DNA of 64,000 nucleotides from Pedobacter schmidteae. Lineage in GTDB: Bacteria; Bacteroidota; Bacteroidia; Sphingobacteriales; Sphingobacteriaceae. This document shows, piece by piece, positions 40,933 through 51,118 of this stretch; the first letter of the stretch is position 1; each line of letters starts with the position of its first letter. The notes beneath the pieces were generated by a model. The model ran no database searches and had not been told where the DNA came from. It saw only the letters and a program-made list of their open reading frames with translations. Where the stretch lies: the NCBI GenBank assembly GCA_945901155.1, contig CAMDKO010000003.1, positions 848-64,847 of the forward strand, in the 5' to 3' direction. The position numbers and the translations under genes were made by a program.

Positions 40933-40995
40933 AGATCCATCTAAAAGTTCTAATTCTTATTCCTAAATTTCACTATTAATTTAGCATTAATCTGT

Positions 40996-42270
40996 ATGGA
41001 GAGATTCACTGGCCTTATTGGCATTGTATTAATTTTTGGAATCGCATTTTTAATGTCTAATAACAGAAAAGCGATTAACTATAGGCTGGTACTATCAGGC
41101 ATAGCAATTCAATTATCTCTTGCTGTCTTTATTCTAAAAGTTCCATTGGGTAAAACAATTTTTTCATGGATAGGAGATGCGGTTACTAAAATCTTAAACT
41201 TTTCTCAAAAAGGAGCTGAATTTGTTTTTGGCCCATTAGTAAATTCGGAGAATATGGGTAAAGCGTTCGGTAGCGGAAACGAATTTATTTTTTTCTTTAA
41301 CATTATTCCAACAATAATTTTTGTTGCAGTTTTGGTAAGTGTTGCCTATTACCTGGGAATCATGCAGCGCATTGTAAAATTTATCGCAATGATTGTTTAC
41401 AAATTAATGGGCGTTTCAGGTTCTGAAGCCTTATCAAACGTTGCCAGTGCTTTTGTAGGACAGGTAGAAGCTCAGATAATGATCAAACCATATTTAAAAG
41501 GAATGACCATGTCTGAACTATTAGCTTCTATGACTGGCAGCATGGCCTGTATTGCCGGAGGTGTAATGGCGGTATATATTGCTATGGGTGTTCAAGCAGA
41601 ATATCTGATCGCTGCAAGTTTGATGGCTGCTCCAGCTGCACTGGTGATATCCAAAATAGTTTGGCCAGAAACAGAAATATCAGAAACAAAAGAAACGGTA
41701 TCATTAGAGATTAAAAAAACCAATGCTAATCTGGTTGATGCTATTTCGCATGGTGCAAGTGATGGATTGAAGGTTGGATTAAATGTAGTAGCTATGCTGA
41801 TTGGCTTTATTGCTATTATTGCATTGGTAGATTTTGTATTAGGCAAGATTGGATTTGGGTTGAGCAACCTTGGAATGTCACTTTCATTTATTGGAATTAA
41901 CCTTCAAACGCTTAGTTTAAATCAAATACTTGGGACTGTTTTTTCAGTATTTGCATATGCCATGGGGGTTCCGGGAAAGGATATTCAGGTAGCAGGATCT
42001 TTAATGGGAACAAAAATGGTAATCAATGAGTTTGTAGCCTATCTTGACCTGGCAAAAATCAAAGAAACATTAGATCCAAAAACAATTCTGATAACCAGTT
42101 TCGCACTATGCGGATTCGCAAATTTTAGTTCTATAGCAATACAAGTTGGCGGAATAGGTGAATTATCCCCGGAAAGAAGAACTGATCTTGCCAAACTAGG
42201 AATGAGAGCATTAATTTGCGGTACACTTGCCTCCTACTTGTCTGCAACGATAGCAGGAATTTTGATGTAA
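40996..42270 (+). CDS. nupC: Concentrative nucleoside transporter (NupC/CNT family)
   Basis: FVGQVE, INEFVAY and FALCGFANFSS motifs. Confidence 0.92.
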   Translation: MERFTGLIGIVLIFGIAFLMSNNRKAINYRLVLSGIAIQLSLAVFILKVPLGKTIFSWIGDAVTKILNFSQKGAEFVFGPLVNSENMGKAFGSGNEFIFFFNIIPTIIFVAVLVSVAYYLGIMQRIVKFIAMIVYKLMGVSGSEALSNVASAFVGQVEAQIMIKPYLKGMTMSELLASMTGSMACIAGGVMAVYIAMGVQAEYLIAASLMAAPAALVISKIVWPETEISETKETVSLEIKKTNANLVDAISHGASDGLKVGLNVVAMLIGFIAIIALVDFVLGKIGFGLSNLGMSLSFIGINLQTLSLNQILGTVFSVFAYAMGVPGKDIQVAGSLMGTKMVINEFVAYLDLAKIKETLDPKTILITSFALCGFANFSSIAIQVGGIGELSPERRTDLAKLGMRALICGTLASYLSATIAGILM

Positions 42271-42315
42271 AATCAAATTAAGATCCTAGCAATTACATTT
42301 TAATGCATGAAAAAT

Positions 42316-42340
42316 TCCGGTAGAATATACCGGACTTTTT
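42316..42340. terminator. Terminator between nupC and gltA
   Basis: TCCGGTA-N5-TACCGGA followed by CTTTTT, with an A-run on the left. Confidence 0.7.
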
Positions 42341-42361
42341 ATTTAAAAAAAATATTTATTT

Positions 42362-43648
42362 CTAACGCACAGATAGATCAACATATTTGCGTATAACTTC
42401 GCCTGTATATATCTGTCTTGGTCTTCCAATTGGTTCTTTGTTTTCACGCATTTCTTTCCATTGAGCAATCCACCCTGGTAATCGACCAAGGGCAAATAAT
42501 ACGGTAAACATATCTGTTGGAAATCCCAAAGCACGATAAATAATACCTGAATAGAAATCAACATTTGGATAAAGCTTACGTTCTACAAAGTATGGGTCAT
42601 TAAGTGCTGCCTCCTCAAGTTTCTTAGCAATTTCTAAAACAGGGTCATTAATACCTAATTTTTCAAGGATATCATCACAAGCCTTTTTTATGATTTTGGC
42701 TCGCGGATCAAAATTCTTATAAACACGATGACCAAATCCCATCAATCGGAAACCATCATTTTTATCTTTTGCTTTATTAATCCATTTATCAGTATCCCCA
42801 CCATCATTCTTAATTTGCTCTAGCATCTCTATAACTGCTTGATTAGCACCACCATGTAATGGACCCCACAAAGCTGAAATACCTGCTGAAATGGAAGCGT
42901 ATAAATTACAGTCTGATGATCCTACAATACGAACCGTTGAGGTTGAGCAATTCTGTTCATGATCTGCATGAAGTATAAATAATACATTCATAGCTTTAAC
43001 AATAACAGGGTCAATCTCTATAAGTTCAGTTCGCTGACCAAAAGTCATGTTTAAGAAATTACTTACGTAATCAAGATTATTCTGAGGATAAATTATTGGA
43101 TGACCCAAAGATTTCTTGTATATCCAAGAAACAACGGTAGTCATTTTGGCAAGAAGTTTTATAATTGTTAAATTTTGTTCTTCTGGAGTTTGCTTAGACG
43201 TTAAAGATTCAGGGTAGAATGATGATAATGAGCAAATCAGTGAAGATAATTGCCCCATTGGGTGCGATTTTGATGGAAAACCATCAAAAAATTTCTTCAT
43301 GTCTTCATGAATCAGCGTATGCCTAGAAATATCAGACTGAAACGCATTTAACTGAGTTTGATTAGGAAGATTTCCATAAATCAATAGATAAGCAACCTCA
43401 AGAAAAGTTGATTTCTCAGCCAATTCCTCGATACCGTAACCTCTATATTTTAAAATCCCTTCTTCGCCATCTAAATAAGTGATTGCACTTTTAGTTGCTC
43501 CTGTATTTTTATAACCAGAATCAAGAGTTATATATCCGCTTGCATCCCGTAATTTTGAAATATCAATGGCTTTTTCGCCTTCAGTACCTGTAATTATTGG
43601 TAGTTCGTAAGTTTTTTCTCCTATTATTAAGGATGCTGATTCTGACAT
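42362..43648 (-). CDS. gltA: Citrate synthase (type II)
   Basis: ILHADHEQNCST, GPLHGGAN, GFGHRVYK and PNVDFYSG motifs. Confidence 0.97.
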   Translation of the reverse strand: MSESASLIIGEKTYELPIITGTEGEKAIDISKLRDASGYITLDSGYKNTGATKSAITYLDGEEGILKYRGYGIEELAEKSTFLEVAYLLIYGNLPNQTQLNAFQSDISRHTLIHEDMKKFFDGFPSKSHPMGQLSSLICSLSSFYPESLTSKQTPEEQNLTIIKLLAKMTTVVSWIYKKSLGHPIIYPQNNLDYVSNFLNMTFGQRTELIEIDPVIVKAMNVLFILHADHEQNCSTSTVRIVGSSDCNLYASISAGISALWGPLHGGANQAVIEMLEQIKNDGGDTDKWINKAKDKNDGFRLMGFGHRVYKNFDPRAKIIKKACDDILEKLGINDPVLEIAKKLEEAALNDPYFVERKLYPNVDFYSGIIYRALGFPTDMFTVLFALGRLPGWIAQWKEMRENKEPIGRPRQIYTGEVIRKYVDLSVR

Positions 43649-43670
43649 AATAATTTGAAATAGTAATACA

Positions 43671-43678
43671 CAAAACTA
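43671..43678 (-). promoter_or_regulatory. -7 promoter element of gltA
   Basis: TAGTTTTG on the minus strand, 22 nt before the start. Confidence 0.55.
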
Positions 43679-43839
43679 ATAAATAAGCTCAATTTCGGCT
43701 AATTTTTTAACAAGGAATTGCAATATTTTTGTTAAAAAATTTAAATCAAATCATTTTATATACAAATTGATTAGATGTATCAGTAAGTACAATCCTCAAT
43801 TATATCTATCTATTGATTAATAGTTTGATAAAAGGCAAT

Positions 43840-44376
43840 TTATTTTTTCGTAATAGTCTCTTTTACTTCCCCACAATTAAGCATTTCATCGCCATAATAA
43901 GGATTCCTTATTTCAGTTTCTGATGCCAACCAGTAGCCCCCATCACCATCATTAGCCATCGGGCAATATTGAACAATCATACTTCCAGAAGAAATTTCAG
44001 CTTTTTTAAACATCGCAATCAATTCACTACTAATTGTAGTAAATATGATTCTTTGTTTAGATAAAGAAGTAACTGAGGCCATATCAGAAGCCATTTTAGC
44101 ACTATTTTCAGAACCCTTAATTTTACCTAGTGTACCAGCAAGATCTTTTGCAGTACTTTGAGCCTGAGATGAATCAGATAAAACAAGAACATCTTTCAAC
44201 TGCAAATATTGGTCGTAGGCAAGATCAGAGTTTGCATCTTTTAGTTCGATAGCCATAGGTACTGATACAGAAACTGAATCTGTTGCTATAACTTCTGTGG
44301 TTTCTTGAGTTTGGTTGCAAGAAGTATAGATAGCTATCAATAAGAAAGTTGATGTAAGTAGTTTAATTTTATTCAT
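43840..44376 (-). CDS. DUF3347-domain lipoprotein (metal-binding)
   Basis: Lipobox YTSC; YLQLKDVLV, YCPMA, WLAS and RNPYYGDEMLNCG motifs. Confidence 0.85.
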   Translation of the reverse strand: MNKIKLLTSTFLLIAIYTSCNQTQETTEVIATDSVSVSVPMAIELKDANSDLAYDQYLQLKDVLVLSDSSQAQSTAKDLAGTLGKIKGSENSAKMASDMASVTSLSKQRIIFTTISSELIAMFKKAEISSGSMIVQYCPMANDGDGGYWLASETEIRNPYYGDEMLNCGEVKETITKK

Positions 44377-44441
44377 GGTAAATTTTTTAGATTCTCAAAT
44401 ATCATCAATTTCAGGTGATGAATTGAACAAAAAGATCAATA

Positions 44442-44648
44442 CTAATTATTAGTTTTCAAATACAAATCTTCTACTTTTTTCCTGGCCCAATCTGTTTTCC
44501 TTAAAAACTTTAAACTAGAACTGATACTTGGACTATCGGTGAAACAGTTTATCCTTATTAGTGTGCCTAATCTTTCCCATCCATAAAATTCAACCAGATT
44601 AACAAGTATCATTTCTAAAGTTTTACCATGGAGAGGATCATTACTCAT
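44442..44648 (-). CDS. VF530/DUF2132 family small DNA-binding protein
   Basis: [15 protein letters not shown] and [21 protein letters not shown] motifs. Confidence 0.9.
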   Translation of the reverse strand: MSNDPLHGKTLEMILVNLVEFYGWERLGTLIRINCFTDSPSISSSLKFLRKTDWARKKVEDLYLKTNN

Positions 44649-44776
44649 AATGTGTCAATTAAAATTAGTATAAATGTAGAAACCTCTCTTGGTTTTTATC
44701 GCTAAATGTAAATTTTAAAAGATTTAAGGTAGCTAATTTTAATAGATTTGTGATCTATCCGTACAAACCAATGATT

Positions 44777-45721
44777 ATGAACTATAAATTAGGTGAATTT
44801 GTTCGTTTTGTCAATGAACGAAGAGAAGGTTTTATTACACGGATAATTGATGAAAGCACTATTGCTGTTACGGATGATGACGGATTTGAGATTCCAGTTC
44901 TGGCAAGTCAGGTTACGCGGGTACATGGAAAAAGTGATTTTACAGCTATTCAGGTAAATGAAGAATCTACTTTAAAACAGCCTGATCAATTCATCTCAAA
45001 TGGGATATTTATAGGTATTACTGATGACAAGCGGCTTGGTTCTGTAGTACATTTCAATCTCATCAATGCAAGCTCTTACCAAATATTATTCACTTTTAAC
45101 ACAGAAAAAAATCAAGAATTTAATGGTGAATGCTCAGGGCAACTCAATCCTGGAACTATGGTACAACTATATTCAGCGTCACTAAATGAACTTGACCTAT
45201 GGCCCAAATTTCATTTGCAGGTTTTATTGTATGCTTCCGGTAAACATGAAATAAAAAAGCCTATCCTATTTTCAGATAAATTCAAAGCAAAAGATTTCTC
45301 AAGAACCAAAAAGCATGATGCAATACTAGGTAAGGAAGCCTGGATGATACAAATTGATTCTGAAGTTCCGCTTATTGATCCACAAAAATTAAAAGAGAGT
45401 TTTTTTAGACCATCTTCAGAAAAAATTGAAATTCCCGATCCGGGAAAAGAGGTAGACCTGCACATAGAAAAAATACGTGATGACCATCAATGTTTAAAAA
45501 ATTCTGAAATCCTGGATATTCAATTAAACCAATTCAAAAAGAATCTTGATGCAGCGATAGTTCATAAACTTCAGTCCATAATTTTTATCCATGGCAGTGG
45601 TAATGGAATACTTAGAAACGAACTACATAAGATCATTTCTAAACACCCGCAGGTAAAAACATTTATGGATGCACGTAAAGAAAAATTTGGTTACGGCGCC
45701 ACTGAGATTGTACTGAAATAG
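44777..45721 (+). CDS. DUF2027 protein with C-terminal Smr domain
   Basis: N-terminal SH3-like GEFVRFV...DDGFEIPV; VDLHIE, IHGSGNGILR and YGAT Smr motifs. GTG 44750 lies in the promoter TAGATTTG, so the start is ATG 44771 or 44777. Confidence 0.85.
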   Translation: MNYKLGEFVRFVNERREGFITRIIDESTIAVTDDDGFEIPVLASQVTRVHGKSDFTAIQVNEESTLKQPDQFISNGIFIGITDDKRLGSVVHFNLINASSYQILFTFNTEKNQEFNGECSGQLNPGTMVQLYSASLNELDLWPKFHLQVLLYASGKHEIKKPILFSDKFKAKDFSRTKKHDAILGKEAWMIQIDSEVPLIDPQKLKESFFRPSSEKIEIPDPGKEVDLHIEKIRDDHQCLKNSEILDIQLNQFKKNLDAAIVHKLQSIIFIHGSGNGILRNELHKIISKHPQVKTFMDARKEKFGYGATEIVLK

Positions 45722-45780
45722 TATAAAAAAACATTTCTATAGCACCTTATAGAGCTTTTTAGCGTTTAAGTCAATTTTAT

Positions 45781-45788
45781 TACCTTTG
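45781..45788 (+). promoter_or_regulatory. -7 promoter element of prfC
   Basis: TACCTTTG, 82 nt upstream of the ATG. Confidence 0.65.
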
Positions 45789-45870
45789 TAACATGTTAAG
45801 GAAACTGAGATATTTCAGAATTACCTAAAACTTTCCTGCTAATTCAAAAACGATCCGACGTTCCGATACT

Positions 45871-47490
45871 ATGATGCTCCATCCTGAAATTGAAAAAAGA
45901 AAAACATTTGCTATTATAAGTCATCCAGATGCGGGAAAGACAACACTAACTGAAAAATTTCTTCTGTTTGGTGGTGCAATTAATACCGCTGGTACTGTCA
46001 AGAGAAATAAGGCAAATCAAAGCAGCACTTCAGATTTTATGGAAATTGAGAAACAGAGAGGAATTTCTGTTGCTACCTCAGTAATGGGTTTTGAGTATAA
46101 TGGAAAAAGAATTAATATACTGGATACTCCCGGACACAAGGACTTTGCCGAAGACACGTACAGAACATTATCAGCTGTTGACAGTGTTATTCTGGTAGTT
46201 GATAGCGTAAAAGGCGTAGAGGAGCAAACACAAAAACTGATGGATGTATGCCGCATGAGGAATACACCGGTAATTATTTTTGTAAATAAACTTGATCGTG
46301 AAGGTAAAGACACGTTTGACCTGCTTGATGAGCTTGAAAATAATTTAAATATCAGCGTTTGTCCGCTATCATGGCCAATTGGGCAAGGCCATAACTTTAA
46401 AGGTGTTTATAACATATTCGATAAACAGTTGAACCTGTTTAAACTAGATAAATCAAAGATCTCTGAACCTGTTATTCAGGTTAATGACCTTGATGATCCA
46501 CTTTTAACAAAATTTCTACAAGAAAAAGAGCTAAAAACCCTGCAAGATGACCTTGAATTAGTGGATGGTGTTTATGGAAGGCTTGACAATGATCTTTACC
46601 TTGAAGGCCTTCTTGCCCCTGTGTTTTTTGGAAGTGCCATCAACAACTTTGGTATAAGAGAATTGCTTGATACGTTTGTTTCTATTGCTCCTAGTCCAAA
46701 AAGTAGGGAAGCTAATGAGCGCATGGTTTTGGCAAATGAGAAAAATTTCACAGGTTTTGTATTTAAAATACATGCCAATCTGGATCCAAACCACCGCGAT
46801 AGAATTGCATTTCTTAGAATATGCTCAGGAAAATTTGAACGTAATAAATTTTATTATCATACTCGTTCGGATAAAAAGCTTAAGTTTTCTAACCCTGTTG
46901 ACTTCATGGCCAATGAAAAAAGTTTGGTTGAAGAGGCATGGCCTGGTGATGTAGTAGGACTATATGATAGCGGAAACTTCAAAATAGGTGATACCTTGAC
47001 TGAAGGAGAAGAATTACAATTTAAAGGAATTCCAAGCTTCTCTCCTGAGATATTCAAAGAAGTTGAAAATAGAGACCCTTTAAAATCAAAACAATTAGAG
47101 AAAGGCCTCCAGCAGCTAACTGAAGAAGGTGTAGCACAGCTTTTTGTACAACAGCCAGGTAATAGAAAAATAATTGGTACTGTTGGTGAACTTCAGTATG
47201 AGGTGATCGTATTCCGTCTTCAACATGAATACGGAGCGAAATGTGCTTTCAGACCATTAACATTCAGAAAATCAAGTTGGCTAACCTCTAAAGACAAGAA
47301 AAATATAAATGAGATAATGCAACGCAGGCATCATCATATAGCAACTGATAAAGATGGCAATCCTGTATTTCTTGCCGACAATGATTGGACGCTAAACCTT
47401 GCTAAACGTGATTTTCCCGAGGTTGAATTCCATGGCACATCCGAGTTTAACAGGCATAAGGATAAAACCATAAATAATTCTATTGATTAA
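45871..47490 (+). CDS. prfC: Peptide chain release factor 3
   Basis: [34 protein letters not shown] and HRDRIAF motifs. Confidence 0.97.
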   Translation: MMLHPEIEKRKTFAIISHPDAGKTTLTEKFLLFGGAINTAGTVKRNKANQSSTSDFMEIEKQRGISVATSVMGFEYNGKRINILDTPGHKDFAEDTYRTLSAVDSVILVVDSVKGVEEQTQKLMDVCRMRNTPVIIFVNKLDREGKDTFDLLDELENNLNISVCPLSWPIGQGHNFKGVYNIFDKQLNLFKLDKSKISEPVIQVNDLDDPLLTKFLQEKELKTLQDDLELVDGVYGRLDNDLYLEGLLAPVFFGSAINNFGIRELLDTFVSIAPSPKSREANERMVLANEKNFTGFVFKIHANLDPNHRDRIAFLRICSGKFERNKFYYHTRSDKKLKFSNPVDFMANEKSLVEEAWPGDVVGLYDSGNFKIGDTLTEGEELQFKGIPSFSPEIFKEVENRDPLKSKQLEKGLQQLTEEGVAQLFVQQPGNRKIIGTVGELQYEVIVFRLQHEYGAKCAFRPLTFRKSSWLTSKDKKNINEIMQRRHHHIATDKDGNPVFLADNDWTLNLAKRDFPEVEFHGTSEFNRHKDKTINNSID

Positions 47491-47701
47491 AGGAATGCTA
47501 TGTGATCGTTTTAGTATTTCTACCAATATCATCCCAGTACTTTATTTTTACATGCTTACTAATAAAGTCTGAATAAAATAAGCAACTCATTTAATAATTA
47601 TCGATTCTGCCATAAACGTAAAAAATAAGCCTAAGTATATTATTTACCGACAGTTAACTTGGTTTAACACCTTTGAATTCAGTCATAAGATTCATTTAGG
47701 G

Positions 47702-47740
47702 TGTCAAATTGACATAATTTTCTTTTGGAATAAGTATTGA
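47702..47740 (+). promoter_or_regulatory. TGTCAA-A-TTGACA palindrome plus sigma54-like -24/-12 sequence before htpG
   Basis: Palindrome at 47702-47714; TGGAATAAGTATTGA at 47726-47740 has the GG/TTG spacing of TGGCAC-N5-TTGC. Confidence 0.4.
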
Positions 47741-47774
47741 GATAACAGCTCAGATAACCTAATAAATTAATAAG

Positions 47775-49658
47775 ATGCAAGAAAAAGGAACCATTTCGAT
47801 TCACACCGAGAACATTTTTCCAATCATTAAGAAATTTTTATACTCAGATAACGAGATCTTCCTCAGAGAGCTAGTTGCAAATGCAGTGGATGCTACTCAA
47901 AAAATCAAACGCCTATCCTCACTTGGCGAATACAAAGGAGACCTCGGCGAGTTAAAAGTTTCTGTTTCGTTCGACGAAAAGAAAAAAACGATCACCATTT
48001 CTGACAATGGTTTAGGAATGACTGCTGAAGAAATTAAAAAATACATTAACCAAATCGCCTTTTCTGGTGCCACTGAATTCGTGGAGAAGTTTAAGGATGC
48101 AAAAGACGCAAATGAGATCATAGGAAAGTTCGGCCTTGGCTTTTATTCTGCCTTTATGGTTGCAGACCAGGTTGAAATACAAACATTATCTTTCCAGGGT
48201 GGTGCTGAGCCGGCACGTTGGATATGTGATGGAAGTACAGAATTTGAAATAAGCACTGGAACCCGTAGCACAAGAGGATCTGATATCATCCTTCATGTAA
48301 ATAAAGAATCAAAAGAGTTCCTTAATAAAGCTAAGCTTGGAGATATTCTTGATAAATATTGCAAATTCTTACCTGTTCCGGTTCAATTTGGAACAAAATC
48401 TGAGCAACAAGAAGATGGTACAGATAAAGAAGGAAAAACTAAATACAAATCAATAGAAGTTGATAATGTCATCAATAATACAAGTCCTATTTGGACAAAA
48501 TCACCTTCTGAGTTAAAAGACGAGGATTATCTTGCCTTTTACAAAGAATTATATCCTTTCTCTGAAGATCCTCTATTCTGGATACATTTGAATGTTGACT
48601 ACCCTTTCAACCTGACGGGTGTTTTGTATTTTCCTAAGGTTAAAAATGAGTTTGAAATCCAAAGAAATAAGATCAAATTATTTTCCAGACAAGTATTTAT
48701 TACCGATGAGGTAAAAGATGTTGTTCCTGAATTCTTAATGCTTCTGCATGGCGTGATTGATTCACCTGATATTCCATTAAACGTATCCAGAAGCTTCTTA
48801 CAGGCCGATAGTTCGGTAAAAAAAATCAATAGCTATATCACCAAAAAAGTTGCAGATAAACTTGCATCTCTTTTTAAAAATGATCGTAAAGCTTATGAAG
48901 AAAAGTGGAGTGACATTGGTTTATTCGTAAAATACGGAATGATCAGCGAAGAGAAATTCTATGATAAGGGTAAAGATTTCGTTTTACTCAACAATACAAA
49001 AAATGAGTATTTCACTCTTGATGAGTATAAAGAAAAAGTGAAATCTATTCAAACTGATAAAGATGATGCATTGGTTTACCTGTATGCCACTGATGCTGAT
49101 AAACAAGATACATTCATACAATCAGCCAATAAAAAGGGATATGATGTATTATTAATGAACTCTCCTATTGATACTCATTTTATTAGCCAACTGGAGCAAA
49201 AGCTTGAAAAAACATCTTTAAAACGTGTTGATGCTGATGTTGCCGATAAAATAATCAGTAAAGAAGATACAACTGTCCATGTTTTGAATGATGATGAAAA
49301 AGTCAAAGTGAAATCGATCTTTGAGAAAGCTATTATTAAGCCGAACATGCGTATTGAGGTTGAAAGTTTGAATCCTGATGAACTTCCTGTGATCGTAACC
49401 ATGGATGAATTCATGCGCAGAATGAAGGACATGTCAAAAATGGGTGGCGGAATGGGCTTCTATGGGAATCTTCCAGATAACTATAACGTAGCAATTAACG
49501 GTAACCATAAATTAATAGGAAAGATTTTGCAAAGCAGTGATGAAACTGAACAATTACAACTTGCAAAACAAGCATTTGATCTGGCACTTCTTTCGCAAGG
49601 AATGCTTACGGGTGCTGAATTAACAGAATTTGTTAATAGAAGCGTTAGCCTGATCTAA
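47775..49658 (+). CDS. htpG: Chaperone HtpG (Hsp90)
   Basis: FLRELVANAVDA, DNGLGM, IGKFGLGFYSAF, GVIDSPDIPLNVSR motifs. Confidence 0.97.
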   Translation: MQEKGTISIHTENIFPIIKKFLYSDNEIFLRELVANAVDATQKIKRLSSLGEYKGDLGELKVSVSFDEKKKTITISDNGLGMTAEEIKKYINQIAFSGATEFVEKFKDAKDANEIIGKFGLGFYSAFMVADQVEIQTLSFQGGAEPARWICDGSTEFEISTGTRSTRGSDIILHVNKESKEFLNKAKLGDILDKYCKFLPVPVQFGTKSEQQEDGTDKEGKTKYKSIEVDNVINNTSPIWTKSPSELKDEDYLAFYKELYPFSEDPLFWIHLNVDYPFNLTGVLYFPKVKNEFEIQRNKIKLFSRQVFITDEVKDVVPEFLMLLHGVIDSPDIPLNVSRSFLQADSSVKKINSYITKKVADKLASLFKNDRKAYEEKWSDIGLFVKYGMISEEKFYDKGKDFVLLNNTKNEYFTLDEYKEKVKSIQTDKDDALVYLYATDADKQDTFIQSANKKGYDVLLMNSPIDTHFISQLEQKLEKTSLKRVDADVADKIISKEDTTVHVLNDDEKVKVKSIFEKAIIKPNMRIEVESLNPDELPVIVTMDEFMRRMKDMSKMGGGMGFYGNLPDNYNVAINGNHKLIGKILQSSDETEQLQLAKQAFDLALLSQGMLTGAELTEFVNRSVSLI

Positions 49659-49680
49659 TCAAACTATTTTCAATAAAGAC

Positions 49681-49714
49681 AAATACCCTTCCAGTTTTGG
49701 GAGGGTATTTTTTT
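49681..49714 (+). terminator. htpG terminator
   Basis: AAATACCCTTCCA-GTTT-TGGGAGGGTATTT followed by a T-run. Confidence 0.85.
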
Positions 49715-49776
49715 TAATGCCAAAATGAAATTCACATAAAAACTAATATTCAAACTCTAAATATTAATTTAGAGCC

Positions 49777-50970
49777 ATGAATCTGCTTGATAAACTCCTT
49801 GAAAATTATCAGTCGTTTGAAGAAATTCAGATAAAAGACCGATTTTTCAAACATAACCTGATATGTGAATTATTAGATTCAATCAAAAACAATAAGGTTT
49901 TCGGTATTGAAGAGGTTGGACTGTCAACTATGGGTCGTTCAATCCATTTAGTTAAATGGGGAAATGGACCTTGCAAAGTGTTTTTGTGGAGTCAGATGCA
50001 TGGTAATGAAGCTACAGCCACGATGGCATTAATTGATCTTCTAAAATTTTTATCGCAAAATGGACTTTATAATGAAATCATAGATTCCATAGATAAAAAC
50101 TGTACCCTGTATATTTTACCAATGCTTAATCCTGACGGTGCTGAAGTTTTTACCAGGAGAAACGCGATGGAAATTGATATTAACCGCGACTTCCATAGTC
50201 AGCAAAGTCCTGAAGCTAGATTATTGCGCAAATTAAGAGATGTTATTCATCCTCATTTTGGTTTTAATTTACACGATCAGAGTACTTTATGGTCGGCAGG
50301 AAAATCTGGTAAGCCCGCAACAATATCCTTACTGGCACCTGCATATGATGAAGAGCTAAGCATCAATTCTGTACGTCAAAAAGCAATGCAGGTAATTGCA
50401 TTAATGAATGTAGAGTTACAAAAGAATATACCCGGATGTGTTGGACGATTTAACGATGAATATGAACCACGAGCTTTTGGTGATAATTTTCAGGCAGCCG
50501 GAACAAGCACCATCCTGATTGAAGCTGGAGGTTTTTACAATGATCCTGAGAAACAGTATATCCGCAAAATCTATTTTAAAGCAATTCTTGTAGGCTTAAT
50601 AAGTATTGCGAAAAAATCATACCTCAATATTGAGGATAAGGAATATTTTTCAATACCAGAGAATAAAAAATTACATTTTGATCTATTATTAAGAAATTGT
50701 AAGCTTCAAAGAAATGGAATTTCTTACCTAACTGATATAGGTTTAGTTGCTGTTGAAAAGATTAATGACGACTTGCATTCAGTAAGTCAAACCTATACAG
50801 TGGGTGAATTGGGCGATTTATCTCAATACTTTAGCTATGAAGAATTCAATTGTGAATTACATAGTATCACTGAAATAAGTAATTTAAAGATTGACGAACC
50901 AGCAGATTTAATTGTACATGATGGAAAGCATTTAGTGCTTTCAATTAAGAATGGGGTTTTAACTAATTAG
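49777..50970 (+). CDS. M14 zinc carboxypeptidase family protein
   Basis: QMHGNE, NPDG, DINRD and NLHDQ motifs. Confidence 0.9.
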   Translation: MNLLDKLLENYQSFEEIQIKDRFFKHNLICELLDSIKNNKVFGIEEVGLSTMGRSIHLVKWGNGPCKVFLWSQMHGNEATATMALIDLLKFLSQNGLYNEIIDSIDKNCTLYILPMLNPDGAEVFTRRNAMEIDINRDFHSQQSPEARLLRKLRDVIHPHFGFNLHDQSTLWSAGKSGKPATISLLAPAYDEELSINSVRQKAMQVIALMNVELQKNIPGCVGRFNDEYEPRAFGDNFQAAGTSTILIEAGGFYNDPEKQYIRKIYFKAILVGLISIAKKSYLNIEDKEYFSIPENKKLHFDLLLRNCKLQRNGISYLTDIGLVAVEKINDDLHSVSQTYTVGELGDLSQYFSYEEFNCELHSITEISNLKIDEPADLIVHDGKHLVLSIKNGVLTN

Positions 50971-51118
50971 ATATGAGTAGTGAGTATAGAGTATAGAGTA
51001 TAGAGTATTGAGATAGATTCTGCTTCATCTCAGATCTCAGACCTCATACTTCAGACTTCAGACCTCATACCTCAGACTTCATACCTCAGACAACCGATAA
51101 CCGATAACAACTAAAACA
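50968..51118 (+). repeat. Heptamer array D filling the whole spacer
   Basis: GAGTATA x3, GAGTATT, GAGATAG, core, CAGACCT/CATACTT/CAGACTT/CATACCT units, CCGATAA x2. Confidence 0.95.

Noticed and set aside
43840-44376. DUF3347 and chrA as a metal-resistance island
   Set aside because: They are 5.7 kb apart among core genes with no efflux pump, regulator or mobility genes.
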